Shown here: positions 19,227 through 28,200 of the stretch, piece by piece
Layout: each line of letters begins with the position of its first letter
Numbering within the stretch: position 1 is the stretch's first letter
Assembly (NCBI GenBank): GCA_016180065.1
Contig: JACPBY010000005.1
Span: 5,541 to 69,540, forward strand
Source: Candidatus Woesearchaeota archaeon
GTDB taxonomy: Archaea > Nanobdellota > Nanobdellia > Woesearchaeales > UBA10216
Direction of reading: 5' to 3'
Length of the DNA stretch: 64,000 nucleotides
Position numbers and translations under genes: made by a program
The notes under the pieces: generated by a model
Seen by the model: the letters and a program-made list of their open reading frames with translations, nothing else
What the model was told of the DNA's origin: nothing
The model's database searches: none

Positions 19227-20372
19227 ATGAACCGAAGATTCCTTGAGGCAGTGGCAACCCTGATAGGCACCACCATAGGAGCAGGGGTGCTTGGGATACC
19301 TTACGTTGTGGCTAAATCCGGGCTTCTCATCGGGCTGCTGCACATCATAATAATAGGCACGGCTGTAATGGCGGTCAACCTGCTGATTGGTGAGGTTGTG
19401 CTTAGGACAAAAGGCAACCACCAGCTGACAGGGTATGCAGAAAAGTATCTCGGAAAGACAGGAAAAAGGCTGATGGCACTTACTCTTGTTGTTGGCATTT
19501 ACGGCGCCCTGCTTGCTTACATAATAGGCATAGGAAACGCGATAAATGCCATTATACCCCAGCTAACCCCGCTTGCAGGCAGCCTCATCTTCTTCGCCAT
19601 TGCAACATCAGTGCTTTACTTTGGCATCAAGGCTGTTGAAAAATCAGAGCTGCTCCTGTCCTCACTTGTTGTTCTCATGCTTGGCACAATAATTGCCATT
19701 GCACTTTCTTCCGGCAGGCTTTCACCTGCGAACTTAACCAGCATAAACATGCAAAACGCATTTTTGCCGTACGGGGTCGTGCTTTTCGCATTCCTTGGGG
19801 CGGTTGCCATCCCTGAAATGAAAGAAGAGCTCGGAAACAAAAAGAAGCTGCTGCGAAAAGCAATAATCACAGGAGGGCTGGTACCAATAATACTCTACTC
19901 GCTGTTTGCTGTTGCAGTCGTTGGCATAAACGGGCTGGGAACAAGCGAAGTTGCAACCATAAGCCTGGGCATGAAACTCGGCGAAACAGTTGCCATAACC
20001 GCCAACCTTTTCGCCATTCTTGCAATGGGCACATCATTCCTTGCACTGGGGCTGGCGCTGAAGGGGATGTATTCGTACGACTACAAGCTTGAAGCAAAGG
20101 ATGCGTGGAGCTTTGCCTGCGGCATACCACTCCTTGCTTTCCTGTTTGGAATGAACAGCTTTGTAAGAGTCATTGGAACAGTGGGAGCAATCGCAGGAGG
20201 GGTAGAAGGCATGCTGCTGGTGGCAATGCATGCAGCCGCCAAGAAAAAAAAGGCAGATGCAAAGCCTGAGTACTCAATCAACCTAAACCGGATTCTTGCA
20301 ATCGCGCTGGCACTCATGTTCCTGCTAGGGATAGGCTATGCGGCAGTTGAAGCGCTTAAGTCTGCTACCTAG
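19227..20372 (+). CDS. Aromatic amino acid permease (Trp/Tyr, HAAAP-like)
   Basis: TLIGTTIGAGVLGIPY motif; ~11 TM helices. Start moved to 19227 because the upstream ORF extension overlaps the tRNA. Confidence 0.85.
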   Translation: MNRRFLEAVATLIGTTIGAGVLGIPYVVAKSGLLIGLLHIIIIGTAVMAVNLLIGEVVLRTKGNHQLTGYAEKYLGKTGKRLMALTLVVGIYGALLAYIIGIGNAINAIIPQLTPLAGSLIFFAIATSVLYFGIKAVEKSELLLSSLVVLMLGTIIAIALSSGRLSPANLTSINMQNAFLPYGVVLFAFLGAVAIPEMKEELGNKKKLLRKAIITGGLVPIILYSLFAVAVVGINGLGTSEVATISLGMKLGETVAITANLFAILAMGTSFLALGLALKGMYSYDYKLEAKDAWSFACGIPLLAFLFGMNSFVRVIGTVGAIAGGVEGMLLVAMHAAAKKKKADAKPEYSINLNRILAIALALMFLLGIGYAAVEALKSAT

Positions 20373-21591
20373 ATGCATTGCCGCCTTTTCCCCTGCGCTC
20401 AAGGAAAAAAAGAAAGGCGATTACAATGAGAAGCGCAAAAATGCCAATGAGAATGTAAAGCCGGTAAGCTGACAGGAAGCCGCTTGCTGCAGAAAGAAAA
20501 CCTGCAACGGCATCAGTAATGCCGGACACCTTTGGAAAGCGAGGTAGTTTAGCTAGCAGCTTAACCGGCAGCCTTGCCTTGAGCCATTCCCTGAACACGA
20601 AAGCCGCAACTGACGCTGCAATGACAGCAACGGCCACTATGCCAAGCAACAGCTTCAGCTTATTTTTTCTAACCAAACCAAAAACAAACGCAAGCCAAAC
20701 AATCCAGCCTTTGCACCACGAAACAGCCTGGCCAAGGCTCCCTGACTTGTACGAATAGAAAACGGCAGAGATAAAAATGGCTGCTAATGCGGCGGCGGCA
20801 GCGCCCTGCCACGCACGCTCAGGCATTCTGCTTACGCGGGATGAGATATTTCCGGCCAGGCCTGCCAGCCCCTTTTTTGCCTTGCTGCCCAAAGCTTTAA
20901 CAGAGCGGAATAATTTCTGTGGCAGACCTGGCAGCGCCTTGGCCTTAGATGCAAACGGCGCAAAAAAATCAGAGGCATTAAATTTGGAGGCGTTGCCTGT
21001 AGCGTTAAGCAGTTTTGCCTCCTTTTCAACACCAGCGATGCCTGCCGTGACATTGGAATCTGTAACACTGGCTTTAGTTGCGTTTGAATCGTGACCAAAA
21101 ATCACGTCCTTAACGCCCGGCGTAACCCTCACCAGAAAGATAAGAAGAATGACTGCTGCAAAAAGGGAAATAACCAATATCTCCTTTGCGGCCTTTGCTC
21201 CGGTAGCTTGCGCCTCAACTTCAGCAGCTTTGGGGCGGGCAGATACCGTTTTGGGCATTGCAGGCTTAACAGGCTTAACCACAGCTGCAGCAGCCTTACG
21301 AAAAACAACAGCCTCCTCAACAGACTCAGGAATTTCAGGGAAAACAGCCTCCCAGGGATAGCGCACAGGCTTACGCTTTGCCATCCTGGCTGCCAGAACA
21401 GCTACGCCAAGAAATACAAAGACAACAGGAAGCGCCAGAAGCACTATCATAGCTATAGTTGCTATTGCACTTAAATCAAGCCCTGAAATGCCTGTAGGCA
21501 GGATGCCAAAGTAAAACGCAAAGAACAAAACAGGCAGCAGCGCAATGAACAGAAAAACGTAAAGCCACAATGCCCTGAGTGAGGATCGCAT
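20365..21591 (-). CDS. Hypothetical multi-pass membrane protein
   Basis: 408-aa ORF with several hydrophobic helices and Lys/Ala-rich linkers. Confidence 0.7.
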   Translation of the reverse strand: MRSSLRALWLYVFLFIALLPVLFFAFYFGILPTGISGLDLSAIATIAMIVLLALPVVFVFLGVAVLAARMAKRKPVRYPWEAVFPEIPESVEEAVVFRKAAAAVVKPVKPAMPKTVSARPKAAEVEAQATGAKAAKEILVISLFAAVILLIFLVRVTPGVKDVIFGHDSNATKASVTDSNVTAGIAGVEKEAKLLNATGNASKFNASDFFAPFASKAKALPGLPQKLFRSVKALGSKAKKGLAGLAGNISSRVSRMPERAWQGAAAAALAAIFISAVFYSYKSGSLGQAVSWCKGWIVWLAFVFGLVRKNKLKLLLGIVAVAVIAASVAAFVFREWLKARLPVKLLAKLPRFPKVSGITDAVAGFLSAASGFLSAYRLYILIGIFALLIVIAFLFFLERRGKGGNASR

Positions 21592-21630
21592 TTCACTACT
21601 CCAGAATAGATTCTATTATTTAAAGGTTTT

Positions 21631-21655
21631 CAAAATTCCGCGAAGCGGGATTTTG
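21631..21655. repeat. REP-like 25-bp palindrome, copy 2
   Basis: CAAAATTCCGC-GAA-GCGGGATTTTG. Confidence 0.6.
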
Positions 21656-21735
21656 TGTTTTAACGACGTAACGAACGCTGCCCACAAAAAAAGAAAATAA
21701 AAGAAAAAAATAAAGAAAAAATAAAAGAAAAGCCT

Positions 21736-23370
21736 TCAGTAGTATGTCTGGGTGCTTTCCTCGCCTTCCTTCGGGCCTTTCATCCTTCTGAAGGCAACAA
21801 CCAGTCCAACCACGACCAGCACAACTATCAAGGCTACCAAGCCAAGCTGCAACAGCTGGGCAAGGCCTGCAACGCCAACGCCAGGTGCAGCAGATGCACC
21901 AACAACGTTAGCTGAAAAAGCCAGCTCCTTGACAACATCGCCTGCCTGGTCCTTGACCCTTACAACAAGAGTCTCTACTCCAGGAGCTGCACTTTTGCCT
22001 GCGGCAACAAACATGTAAACTGTCTGGCTGTCCCCTGGCTTTACTGTAACCACGTTGCTTGGCGAAAGCCTGACAGACGCCCAGTCAGCTGCCGCCACAG
22101 AGAAGCTGTAGGTCCTGGCAGCCGAGCCGTCGTTTGCTATTATCACCGGGTAAGCAACAGCTGCACCGCCTGCCTCAAGGCTCTGCGGCTCAGTGCTGTA
22201 GATTATCTTAACGCCATTCGTCGCAACCGCTGTTGGAGATGCCTCGCACGGGCCTTTTGTGACTGCAATCTGCTTTCTTGCTGAAACAACCTTATCGCCG
22301 TCGTCAAAGGAAACCTCAGCCTTGACATCGTATGTGCCTGGCTTTGCGCACTGGTCAATCCTGAGGAAGAACTCCTCGGAAGTTGCCGAGTCGTCACTCT
22401 TCAGCTCATCTATAAAGTCAGGCGAAGCAGAAACGCCAAGCTCAGGAATGCTAACCTTGACCTTGATATCGCCTTCAGTGCTGTCACCAAGGTTCTTTAC
22501 CCTGACCGTAGCCAGGACTGCCCTTCCTGCCATGATTGTTTCATCAGGGCTGATGCTCAGCTCCCTTATGACAACCTCATGGTCAGTCGGGGTTACCTTT
22601 ATCCTGAAGTTCTGGACAATCTCCTCATTGTCTCGTCCGGCAACCACTACCCTGATTCGGTATGTGTCCTCAGCCGCGCTTTCAGGCAGCCTGAGTTTTA
22701 ATGACTTCACATATGAAACGCCCTTCTCAACATCAAAAGGCCTTAATGAAGCGCTTGTAGGATCCCTGCTTGCTACATCAACACCACTGATGAACGCCCT
22801 TATCTCAACGTTCCCTGCAGTGGCAAGAGCCTTAAGCTTCACCTTAAGCTCAAACTCATTGCCCCTCTCCAAATCACGAACGTTTGTTTCTGAAGAGCTC
22901 AACTCAAAGTTGTCAACCTCAACAGCCTCAATGCTCACAGGCACCTTATTTGACACAGGGGCTGGCGGAACAACAGGAGTTCCTGAAACAACAGCTGTTG
23001 CAATTGCGGTTGCAACCTCAGCTGTGTTCGCGGTTGCCTGCGCAGTCAAAGTGGCAATGGTGCCAACCGCGGCATTGGATGGAACATTAACCGTGAACTC
23101 TGCGACACATGATGCTGTGCTGCATGAAACAGTATTCTGGGGTGTTATCGGCCATGCAACGTTGTTAACCAAGGTCACGGTTGCAATTGTCTGGCCTGCG
23201 GTTGAGTTTATTGCTGTGACCGTTGCCTTAAATGACGTGCCTGCGGCAACATTTGCAGGAACACCTGAAACAGAAACGGTTGGCGGAAGTGCCAGGGTAG
23301 CGGTAGCAAGCAGAAGCATGCTGAGAACAGCCATCAAAAGAACAACAAACGAACCCTTAGACAGACTCAT
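21736..23370 (-). CDS. S-layer-like surface protein with CARDB/Ig-like domains and TM anchor
   Basis: Signal peptide after GGGGTGG; VRVKNLG and PGTYDV motifs; C-terminal TM and QTYY tail. Confidence 0.85.
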   Translation of the reverse strand: MSLSKGSFVVLLMAVLSMLLLATATLALPPTVSVSGVPANVAAGTSFKATVTAINSTAGQTIATVTLVNNVAWPITPQNTVSCSTASCVAEFTVNVPSNAAVGTIATLTAQATANTAEVATAIATAVVSGTPVVPPAPVSNKVPVSIEAVEVDNFELSSSETNVRDLERGNEFELKVKLKALATAGNVEIRAFISGVDVASRDPTSASLRPFDVEKGVSYVKSLKLRLPESAAEDTYRIRVVVAGRDNEEIVQNFRIKVTPTDHEVVIRELSISPDETIMAGRAVLATVRVKNLGDSTEGDIKVKVSIPELGVSASPDFIDELKSDDSATSEEFFLRIDQCAKPGTYDVKAEVSFDDGDKVVSARKQIAVTKGPCEASPTAVATNGVKIIYSTEPQSLEAGGAAVAYPVIIANDGSAARTYSFSVAAADWASVRLSPSNVVTVKPGDSQTVYMFVAAGKSAAPGVETLVVRVKDQAGDVVKELAFSANVVGASAAPGVGVAGLAQLLQLGLVALIVVLVVVGLVVAFRRMKGPKEGEESTQTYY

Positions 23371-23532
23371 TTTCAAACCACCCCAACACGATTTTATCCA
23401 GTTAGCGCAAAACATGCGTCATGCCTGCTGAATATTGTCACCGTTAAAGGAAGCTCCTATATAAACATTTCGCTTTTTTAGCATACAAGAGTAGTTACTT
23501 TATTTTTTAATTTTATAGTGGTTAACTATTGT

Positions 23533-23913
23533 TCACGAGGACAAAACAGGCCTGTGCCTTATCCTCCTTCCCTGCTCGCTGCTTAATACCACCCTGACGT
23601 AAGGGTCAAACATGTCTGGAACAGGAATTTCAAGGTGAACTGTTTTTTTCCCTGACTTTGAAAAATCAACCTTCCTGCCTGCCCTGATGCCGGCCTCAGG
23701 AATGGAAACCACAATCCTGGAATCCGCAAGGCTCTTCTTTGACTCCAGACTAACAAAGACAAAGGCATCTGCCTGCCCCGAATCTTTCACTGCGGTTATG
23801 CGCCTTACATTCATGGGCTTCTCAGCAGCAGCCACATTAGCTGCGGAAGAAATGACCAACACAAAAAAAACAGCCGAAACAAGCAGAAGCCTCAACATCC
23901 TTGACGAAACCAT
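23533..23913 (-). CDS. Small secreted single Ig-like domain protein
   Basis: Signal peptide; IVVSIPEAGI resembles VKVSIPELGV and FVPELDL in the neighbouring proteins. Confidence 0.7.
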   Translation of the reverse strand: MVSSRMLRLLLVSAVFFVLVISSAANVAAAEKPMNVRRITAVKDSGQADAFVFVSLESKKSLADSRIVVSIPEAGIRAGRKVDFSKSGKKTVHLEIPVPDMFDPYVRVVLSSEQGRRIRHRPVLSS

Positions 23914-24042
23914 TTTTGCCAACCCCCCTTTACCCACATCAGCCGCGGTTAACCACCAACCAAAGAACGCTATTATATAAAGTTTTTGGAAGTGACGCTA
24001 CTTTAGAATAGAAACACGACGTGGTTAACGGCTATTGCACAA

Positions 24043-25276
24043 TTAACAGCTCCCACTGATGACAAAGCTCCTGTGGACTGCCCGGGTGAACCTGTTATTG
24101 TTTACCGTAAACCTTAGAAGGTATGTGCCCTCAGGAGCATTCTCAGGAACATCAATTCCCAGGAACCTGGGCAGCTTGTCATCCGAAGCCATCTTCAGAG
24201 GGCCTATCCTTGACCTGAGGTCAAGCTCAGGCACAAAGGCTGAAAACACAACATCCTTCAGAATTGCCCTGCCTGTATTCTGGACCTTGACAGCCAGAAG
24301 CGCAGACTCCCCCGGCTTCACACAGTCAGAATCCGGGAACGAGAGCGAGCGCATGAAAAGCGGCTGTAATGGAAACCTGACAGTAATATCCTGCAAAGGC
24401 CTTGGCACAACACGCTGGACTTGCGGAACAGCTGCTGCACGAGAGACAGCAGGCAAGGGCACAGCAAGGGCTGCTGTTGTTACGCCACTGTCAGAGACAA
24501 AGCCTGACTCCTGATTTACCGAGTCCTTGCTCCTCGCCCTGAAAGTGTAAGCAGTATTTGGGGTTGCCGGGGCATTAACAAGAAATGTTGCACTGCACGT
24601 TGCCTGAATGCCAACGCAATCAAAAGAGGCAATCTTAACATTGTTGGAATTGAAAAGGTTGAGCTCCCTCACATCAATATCGTCAGTGCCTGTAACTGCA
24701 ATGCCAAGCTGAGCGCCGGGAGCAGCTGAAGCAGGAACATCAATTGAAACATGGGGAAGATTGTCAACAACAGGCTGCTGAGGCGGAACATCAGCAGGAG
24801 GGCTGAAGCAGCTGACAGGAACGCTCGGGTCAGCAAAAACTTTCTGGCAGCCAAAAGTGCATGTTTCAATAGTGACCCACTGCTTAGTGCAGTCAGCAAA
24901 CAGCTTTTCCCTCTGCCTGTCAAAGCCATTTGGTGAGCAACGGTAATTGTCAATGAATTTCTCGGTGCAGCCGACTGGCTGTCCACACTCAACAGGATGC
25001 AACAAAGCATAATCATTATCAGCACAACCAACAGCCTCACCACACTCAACAGGATGGGCTAAGGCATAATCGTTGTCACTACATCCAACGGGCTGGCCAC
25101 ATTCTTCCGGATGAGCCAAAGCATAATCATTATCAGCACAACCAACAGCCTCACCACACTCACAATAAAGCATAATCATTATCGCCGCAGTTTGGTGTTG
25201 AGCTGCCAACAGATGCAAAGGCAGGAAAAAGAATAGCCAATGCAAGAATAAAGCTCAAAAGGTTTTTCAGATTCAT
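24043..25276 (-). pseudogene. Secreted Cys-rich repeat and Ig/CARDB protein, frameshifted near 25162
   Basis: Signal peptide MNLKNLLSFILALAILFPAFA from ATG 25276 hits TGA after CGDNDYALL; the rest is in another frame. The first repeat lacks CATCCTGT (8 nt) relative to the other copies. Confidence 0.75.
24965..25190 (-). repeat. Four 57-bp coding tandem repeats (C-x-DNDYAL-x-HP-x-ECG-x-x-VG)
   Basis: Visible in both DNA and translation; GEAVG and GQPVG variants alternate. Confidence 0.9.
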
Positions 25277-25315
25277 GGCAGACACCACTGCTATTACAGA
25301 CCAAGCGCCCCTTCA

Positions 25316-26512
25316 CTACTTGGGCACAATCATCCCAACTTGTGAAGGAGAGAGGGCTGTTTGAAGGAAGCCTGTAAATGCGGCAGGGTCTGTTTCCTCG
25401 AGTTTGATTGTTCTGTTGCCGCTGCCTTCATAAGCTGCCAGAGCAATTACGCCACCCTTGGTTACTTCCAGTGTAACAAACTCGCCGTCATCAGCACTGA
25501 TAGTGTCGTTTGTAAACGTCCTTAAATTGTCTGCTGAAACAACAAGCGCCCTGACAAGGCCGCTTTCATCTGATGCCCTGGCTGCCCTCAGAACAGATAC
25601 CGGAACAACATAGCCTGCATTGTTAAGGTACCGCTGAAGTGTGCCGGCAACCGGAGTTGCTGTCGGAGGCACTGCAGTAGGCATAGCTGTTGGAACTACG
25701 GTAGGCACAGGGGTTGCAGCCGTCTGCAGCCTTGAAGCCAAGTCGTCAACCTCCTGGCCAAGCAGCACAACATCAGAAGCTTTAGCATAGCCGGAATTAG
25801 CCAGGGTAACAGCAACGTAAGCTTTCATTATATCAAGTTGCTTTTCACTGACAACGCCAATCCTGAGTTCCAAGGCAGGCTTAAGAACATCTTCCACATA
25901 CTTGTCAATTGCGGTTGTGACTGCAGTGTTAAGCTGGTCAGGGCTTAACTGTCCTGCACTTATCTCGGCTCTGATTTGAGGCATCAGTGTATTAGCGACG
26001 TAGCTTTCAAGGCCCTGCTGGCTCAAAGGCTCGGCATAAGCGGGAGGAGGGGATGGCGGGGCACTAAGAGGCCTGTGCCCAAAAGGCTGCCGAACCAAAA
26101 GAGAAGCGGCAATAAGAGCACCGCCAACCAAGCCGCCAGCTATGAAAGGCCTTGCCTTTTTCGTTGCCAATCCGGCAACTGCTCCTGTGGTTGCAATTAC
26201 TGCACCAGCAAGGCCAAGGTAGTTGCCTGTGTAGAACTGAACGGCATTTTGCCAAATCGGAATTCCAGGAGTGAGCTTGTCAGCAAGTGCCAAACCAAGG
26301 CCAAGGGTAACAGCGGTGTCAAGGGTACGCCTTGTTGCGCTGCCCGCATTGGAAATCTGGGCTTTTACACCCGGAGGGATATTAGCTGAAGGCGATATAC
26401 TAGCGTGAACCAGATACTGCGCAAGGTCATGGAAGGCGTTTAATGCAACACCGTCAACGGCCCTTGCAGGCGCTAATGCGACATTCTTAACAAAACGCGT
26501 AACACGGCTCAT
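25316..26512 (-). CDS. Hypothetical membrane protein with Pro/Thr-rich linker
   Basis: ATG 26512 after GGGTGG; TM helices; TPVPTVVPTAMPTAVPPTATP. Confidence 0.7.
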   Translation of the reverse strand: MSRVTRFVKNVALAPARAVDGVALNAFHDLAQYLVHASISPSANIPPGVKAQISNAGSATRRTLDTAVTLGLGLALADKLTPGIPIWQNAVQFYTGNYLGLAGAVIATTGAVAGLATKKARPFIAGGLVGGALIAASLLVRQPFGHRPLSAPPSPPPAYAEPLSQQGLESYVANTLMPQIRAEISAGQLSPDQLNTAVTTAIDKYVEDVLKPALELRIGVVSEKQLDIMKAYVAVTLANSGYAKASDVVLLGQEVDDLASRLQTAATPVPTVVPTAMPTAVPPTATPVAGTLQRYLNNAGYVVPVSVLRAARASDESGLVRALVVSADNLRTFTNDTISADDGEFVTLEVTKGGVIALAAYEGSGNRTIKLEETDPAAFTGFLQTALSPSQVGMIVPK

Positions 26513-26694
26513 CAAAAACCACCCCACAAACAACCTGACAAAGCATAATGCTGGCAATGCGTGAATGAAGCAGAATTTAAAAATCTTTCTACTTGTAACC
26601 ATTCTATAATAGAAACAGTAAAGCTCCCTGTGCTTAGTGGCAGCAATCCACGCAGCAACAATTAAAAACAGCCTGGCGTGGCAGCAAGGCTGAA

Positions 26695-27816
26695 ATGGCA
26701 GATTCAGTGACAGTGGTTGGGGCAGGCCCTGCAGGAAGCTTTTCCGCTTACCTTCTGGCAAAAAGAGGGCTTGACGTGCAGGTTTTTGAGGAGCACGCAA
26801 CCATTGGGGAGCCTGTGGCATGCACAGGAGTAATTACGGGAGATATTCTTTCACGGCGGCTTCAACTGCCGAAAGAATTGATTGTGAACAGGATTGCAAA
26901 AGCAAGGATAATTGCGCCAGGCATGGAGCTTATTGAAATAAAGCTCAAGAATGACATAATAATAGACAGGGCAGGCTTTGACAGGCACATAGCGGCAATG
27001 GCCCGGGAGGCAGGGGCAAGGTTTTTCGTGAACCACAGGTTTGAAGGATTTGAGCACAACAACCAGAGAATCGTTGCGGCTGTAAAAGATAAAGAGAAAA
27101 ACGAAATTAAAAAGATTGAGACCACTTATCTGATAGGGGCTGACGGGCCAATAAGCACAGTAGCCAAGGCAGCGGGGCTGTTCGGCAGCAGAGAATTTTA
27201 TACGGGCATCCAGGCAACAATCCGTTTTGCCAACGACAATGCAATTGACTTTTACCCGAGCGAAGACGGAATAGCCTGGGTTGTGCCTGAGAACGAAAGG
27301 ATTGCAAGGGTTGGGATTGCAGCAAGAAGGGAAGCAAGTTCATATTTCAGGAGATTCATCACTGCTGTTGCGGGCGAGGGCTATGAAAAGAGAATCATCG
27401 GGTGGCAGGCAGGGCCCATCCCTCTTTACAGCCCCAGGCTGAAATCCGCAACGAAAGATGGCAAAATCCTGCTTGCCGGCGATGCAGCAGCCATGGTCAA
27501 GGCAACGACCCTTGGCGGCATAAACCAGAGCCTCATGGCTGCAGAAGCTGCAGCAGAATCGATAACGAAAGATTACGGCTACGAAATGCTGTGGAAAAAA
27601 AGGATGGGCAGGGACCTCTGGCTGTCATTGCTGATGAGAAAGGCTATGGAACGGTTTAGCAACAAGGACTATGACAAACTGGTGGGCGTGTTCCGGAAGA
27701 AAAAGAACAGGCAGCTGCTGGAAGAATACGACAGGGATGAGCCAACACGGTTTGCGCTTAAGCTGCTGCTTGGGGAGCCCAGGCTGCTGATGCTAGCAAG
27801 GAAAGTGTTATTCTGA
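26695..27816 (+). CDS. Geranylgeranyl reductase family FAD oxidoreductase
   Basis: VVGAGPAG, ACTG, IDRAGFD, IGADG, AWVVP, LAGDAA...TTLGGI. Confidence 0.9.
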   Translation: MADSVTVVGAGPAGSFSAYLLAKRGLDVQVFEEHATIGEPVACTGVITGDILSRRLQLPKELIVNRIAKARIIAPGMELIEIKLKNDIIIDRAGFDRHIAAMAREAGARFFVNHRFEGFEHNNQRIVAAVKDKEKNEIKKIETTYLIGADGPISTVAKAAGLFGSREFYTGIQATIRFANDNAIDFYPSEDGIAWVVPENERIARVGIAARREASSYFRRFITAVAGEGYEKRIIGWQAGPIPLYSPRLKSATKDGKILLAGDAAAMVKATTLGGINQSLMAAEAAAESITKDYGYEMLWKKRMGRDLWLSLLMRKAMERFSNKDYDKLVGVFRKKKNRQLLEEYDRDEPTRFALKLLLGEPRLLMLARKVLF

Positions 27817-27829
27817 AAAAAAAGAAAAA
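27816..27829 (-). terminator. Oligo-T terminator for the putative antisense RNA
   Basis: Minus strand TTTTTCTTTTTTTT directly after the hairpin CGGGTTC-TGT-GAACCCG. Confidence 0.5.
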
Positions 27830-27875
27830 CGCGGGTTCACAGAACCCGGCTATTCTACTGGTTACCAGACTCTTA
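27830..27875 (-). ncRNA. Putative small antisense RNA complementary to the neighbouring tRNA
   Basis: AGAGUCUGGUAACC pairs 14/14 with 28137-28150. AAUAGCCGGGUUCUG pairs 15/15 (two G.U) with 28098-28112. Upstream TATA and downstream oligo-T are present. Confidence 0.6.
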
Positions 27876-27897
27876 TTATTGATTAAGTCTTAACTAG

Positions 27898-27911
27898 TAT
27901 TTAACATTTTC
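27898..27911 (-). promoter_or_regulatory. BRE-TATA promoter for the putative antisense RNA
   Basis: Minus strand GAAAAATG-TTAAATA, ending ~25 nt before the first complementary block. Confidence 0.55.
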
Positions 27912-28087
27912 TACGATTTCTAAAGTAGCAGCAAAAAATTTCCGAGAAAAACGAAAGTTTTACGTTTTTAAAGCTTAAAAAACGAAATAATTCCGCTGCG
28001 GTCGCAATTATTATTATTTTTTCGCAACATTTTCGTAAAATTCCCGCATAAGCTTATGAATTTCTGGAACAAAGATGTTGTGGGGCT

Positions 28088-28200
28088 GCCGCGGTGGCAG
28101 AACCTGGTTATTGCGCCAGCTTCAGAGGCTGGTGAGGGTTACCAGACTCTCATGTGGGTTCAAAACAGCTGAAGAAGCTGTGAAAATCCCGCCCGCGGCG
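28088..28200 (+). tRNA. tRNA with CAG anticodon, Ser-like body, and a 22-nt T-loop intron (28165-28186, position 59/60)
   Basis: Acceptor GCCGCGG/CCGCGGC+G73; D-stem GCAG/TTGC; anticodon arm CCAGC-TTCAGAG-GCTGG; 7-bp variable stem; T-arm GTGGG-TTCAAA^T-CCCGC; strict BHB (TTCA/TGAA helix, AAA and AAT bulges, CAGCT/AGCTG). Confidence 0.9.

Noticed and set aside
22259-23431. 390-aa plus-strand ORF and similar antisense ORFs across the window
   Set aside because: These are shadows of well-supported opposite-strand genes and carry no recognisable motifs.
24965-25190. CRISPR array
   Set aside because: The 57-bp units are codon-phased with synonymous variation and have no unique spacers; no cas genes are present.
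26513-26821. Long N-terminal extension of ORF 25316-26821 (likewise 45353-45631)
   Set aside because: Each overlaps a divergent gene and its promoter region; downstream starts fit better.
27840-27873. att-site duplication of the tRNA
   Set aside because: It is not a contiguous tRNA end; two internal blocks skip the anticodon arm, and no integrase is nearby. Not fully excluded.
28088-28200. tRNA-Sec or UGA suppressor (TCA at 28122-28124)
   Set aside because: The perfect CCAGC/GCTGG stem centres CAG in a 7-nt loop, and the 7/5 fold with a 4-bp D-stem does not match the archaeal tRNA-Sec 9/4 fold.
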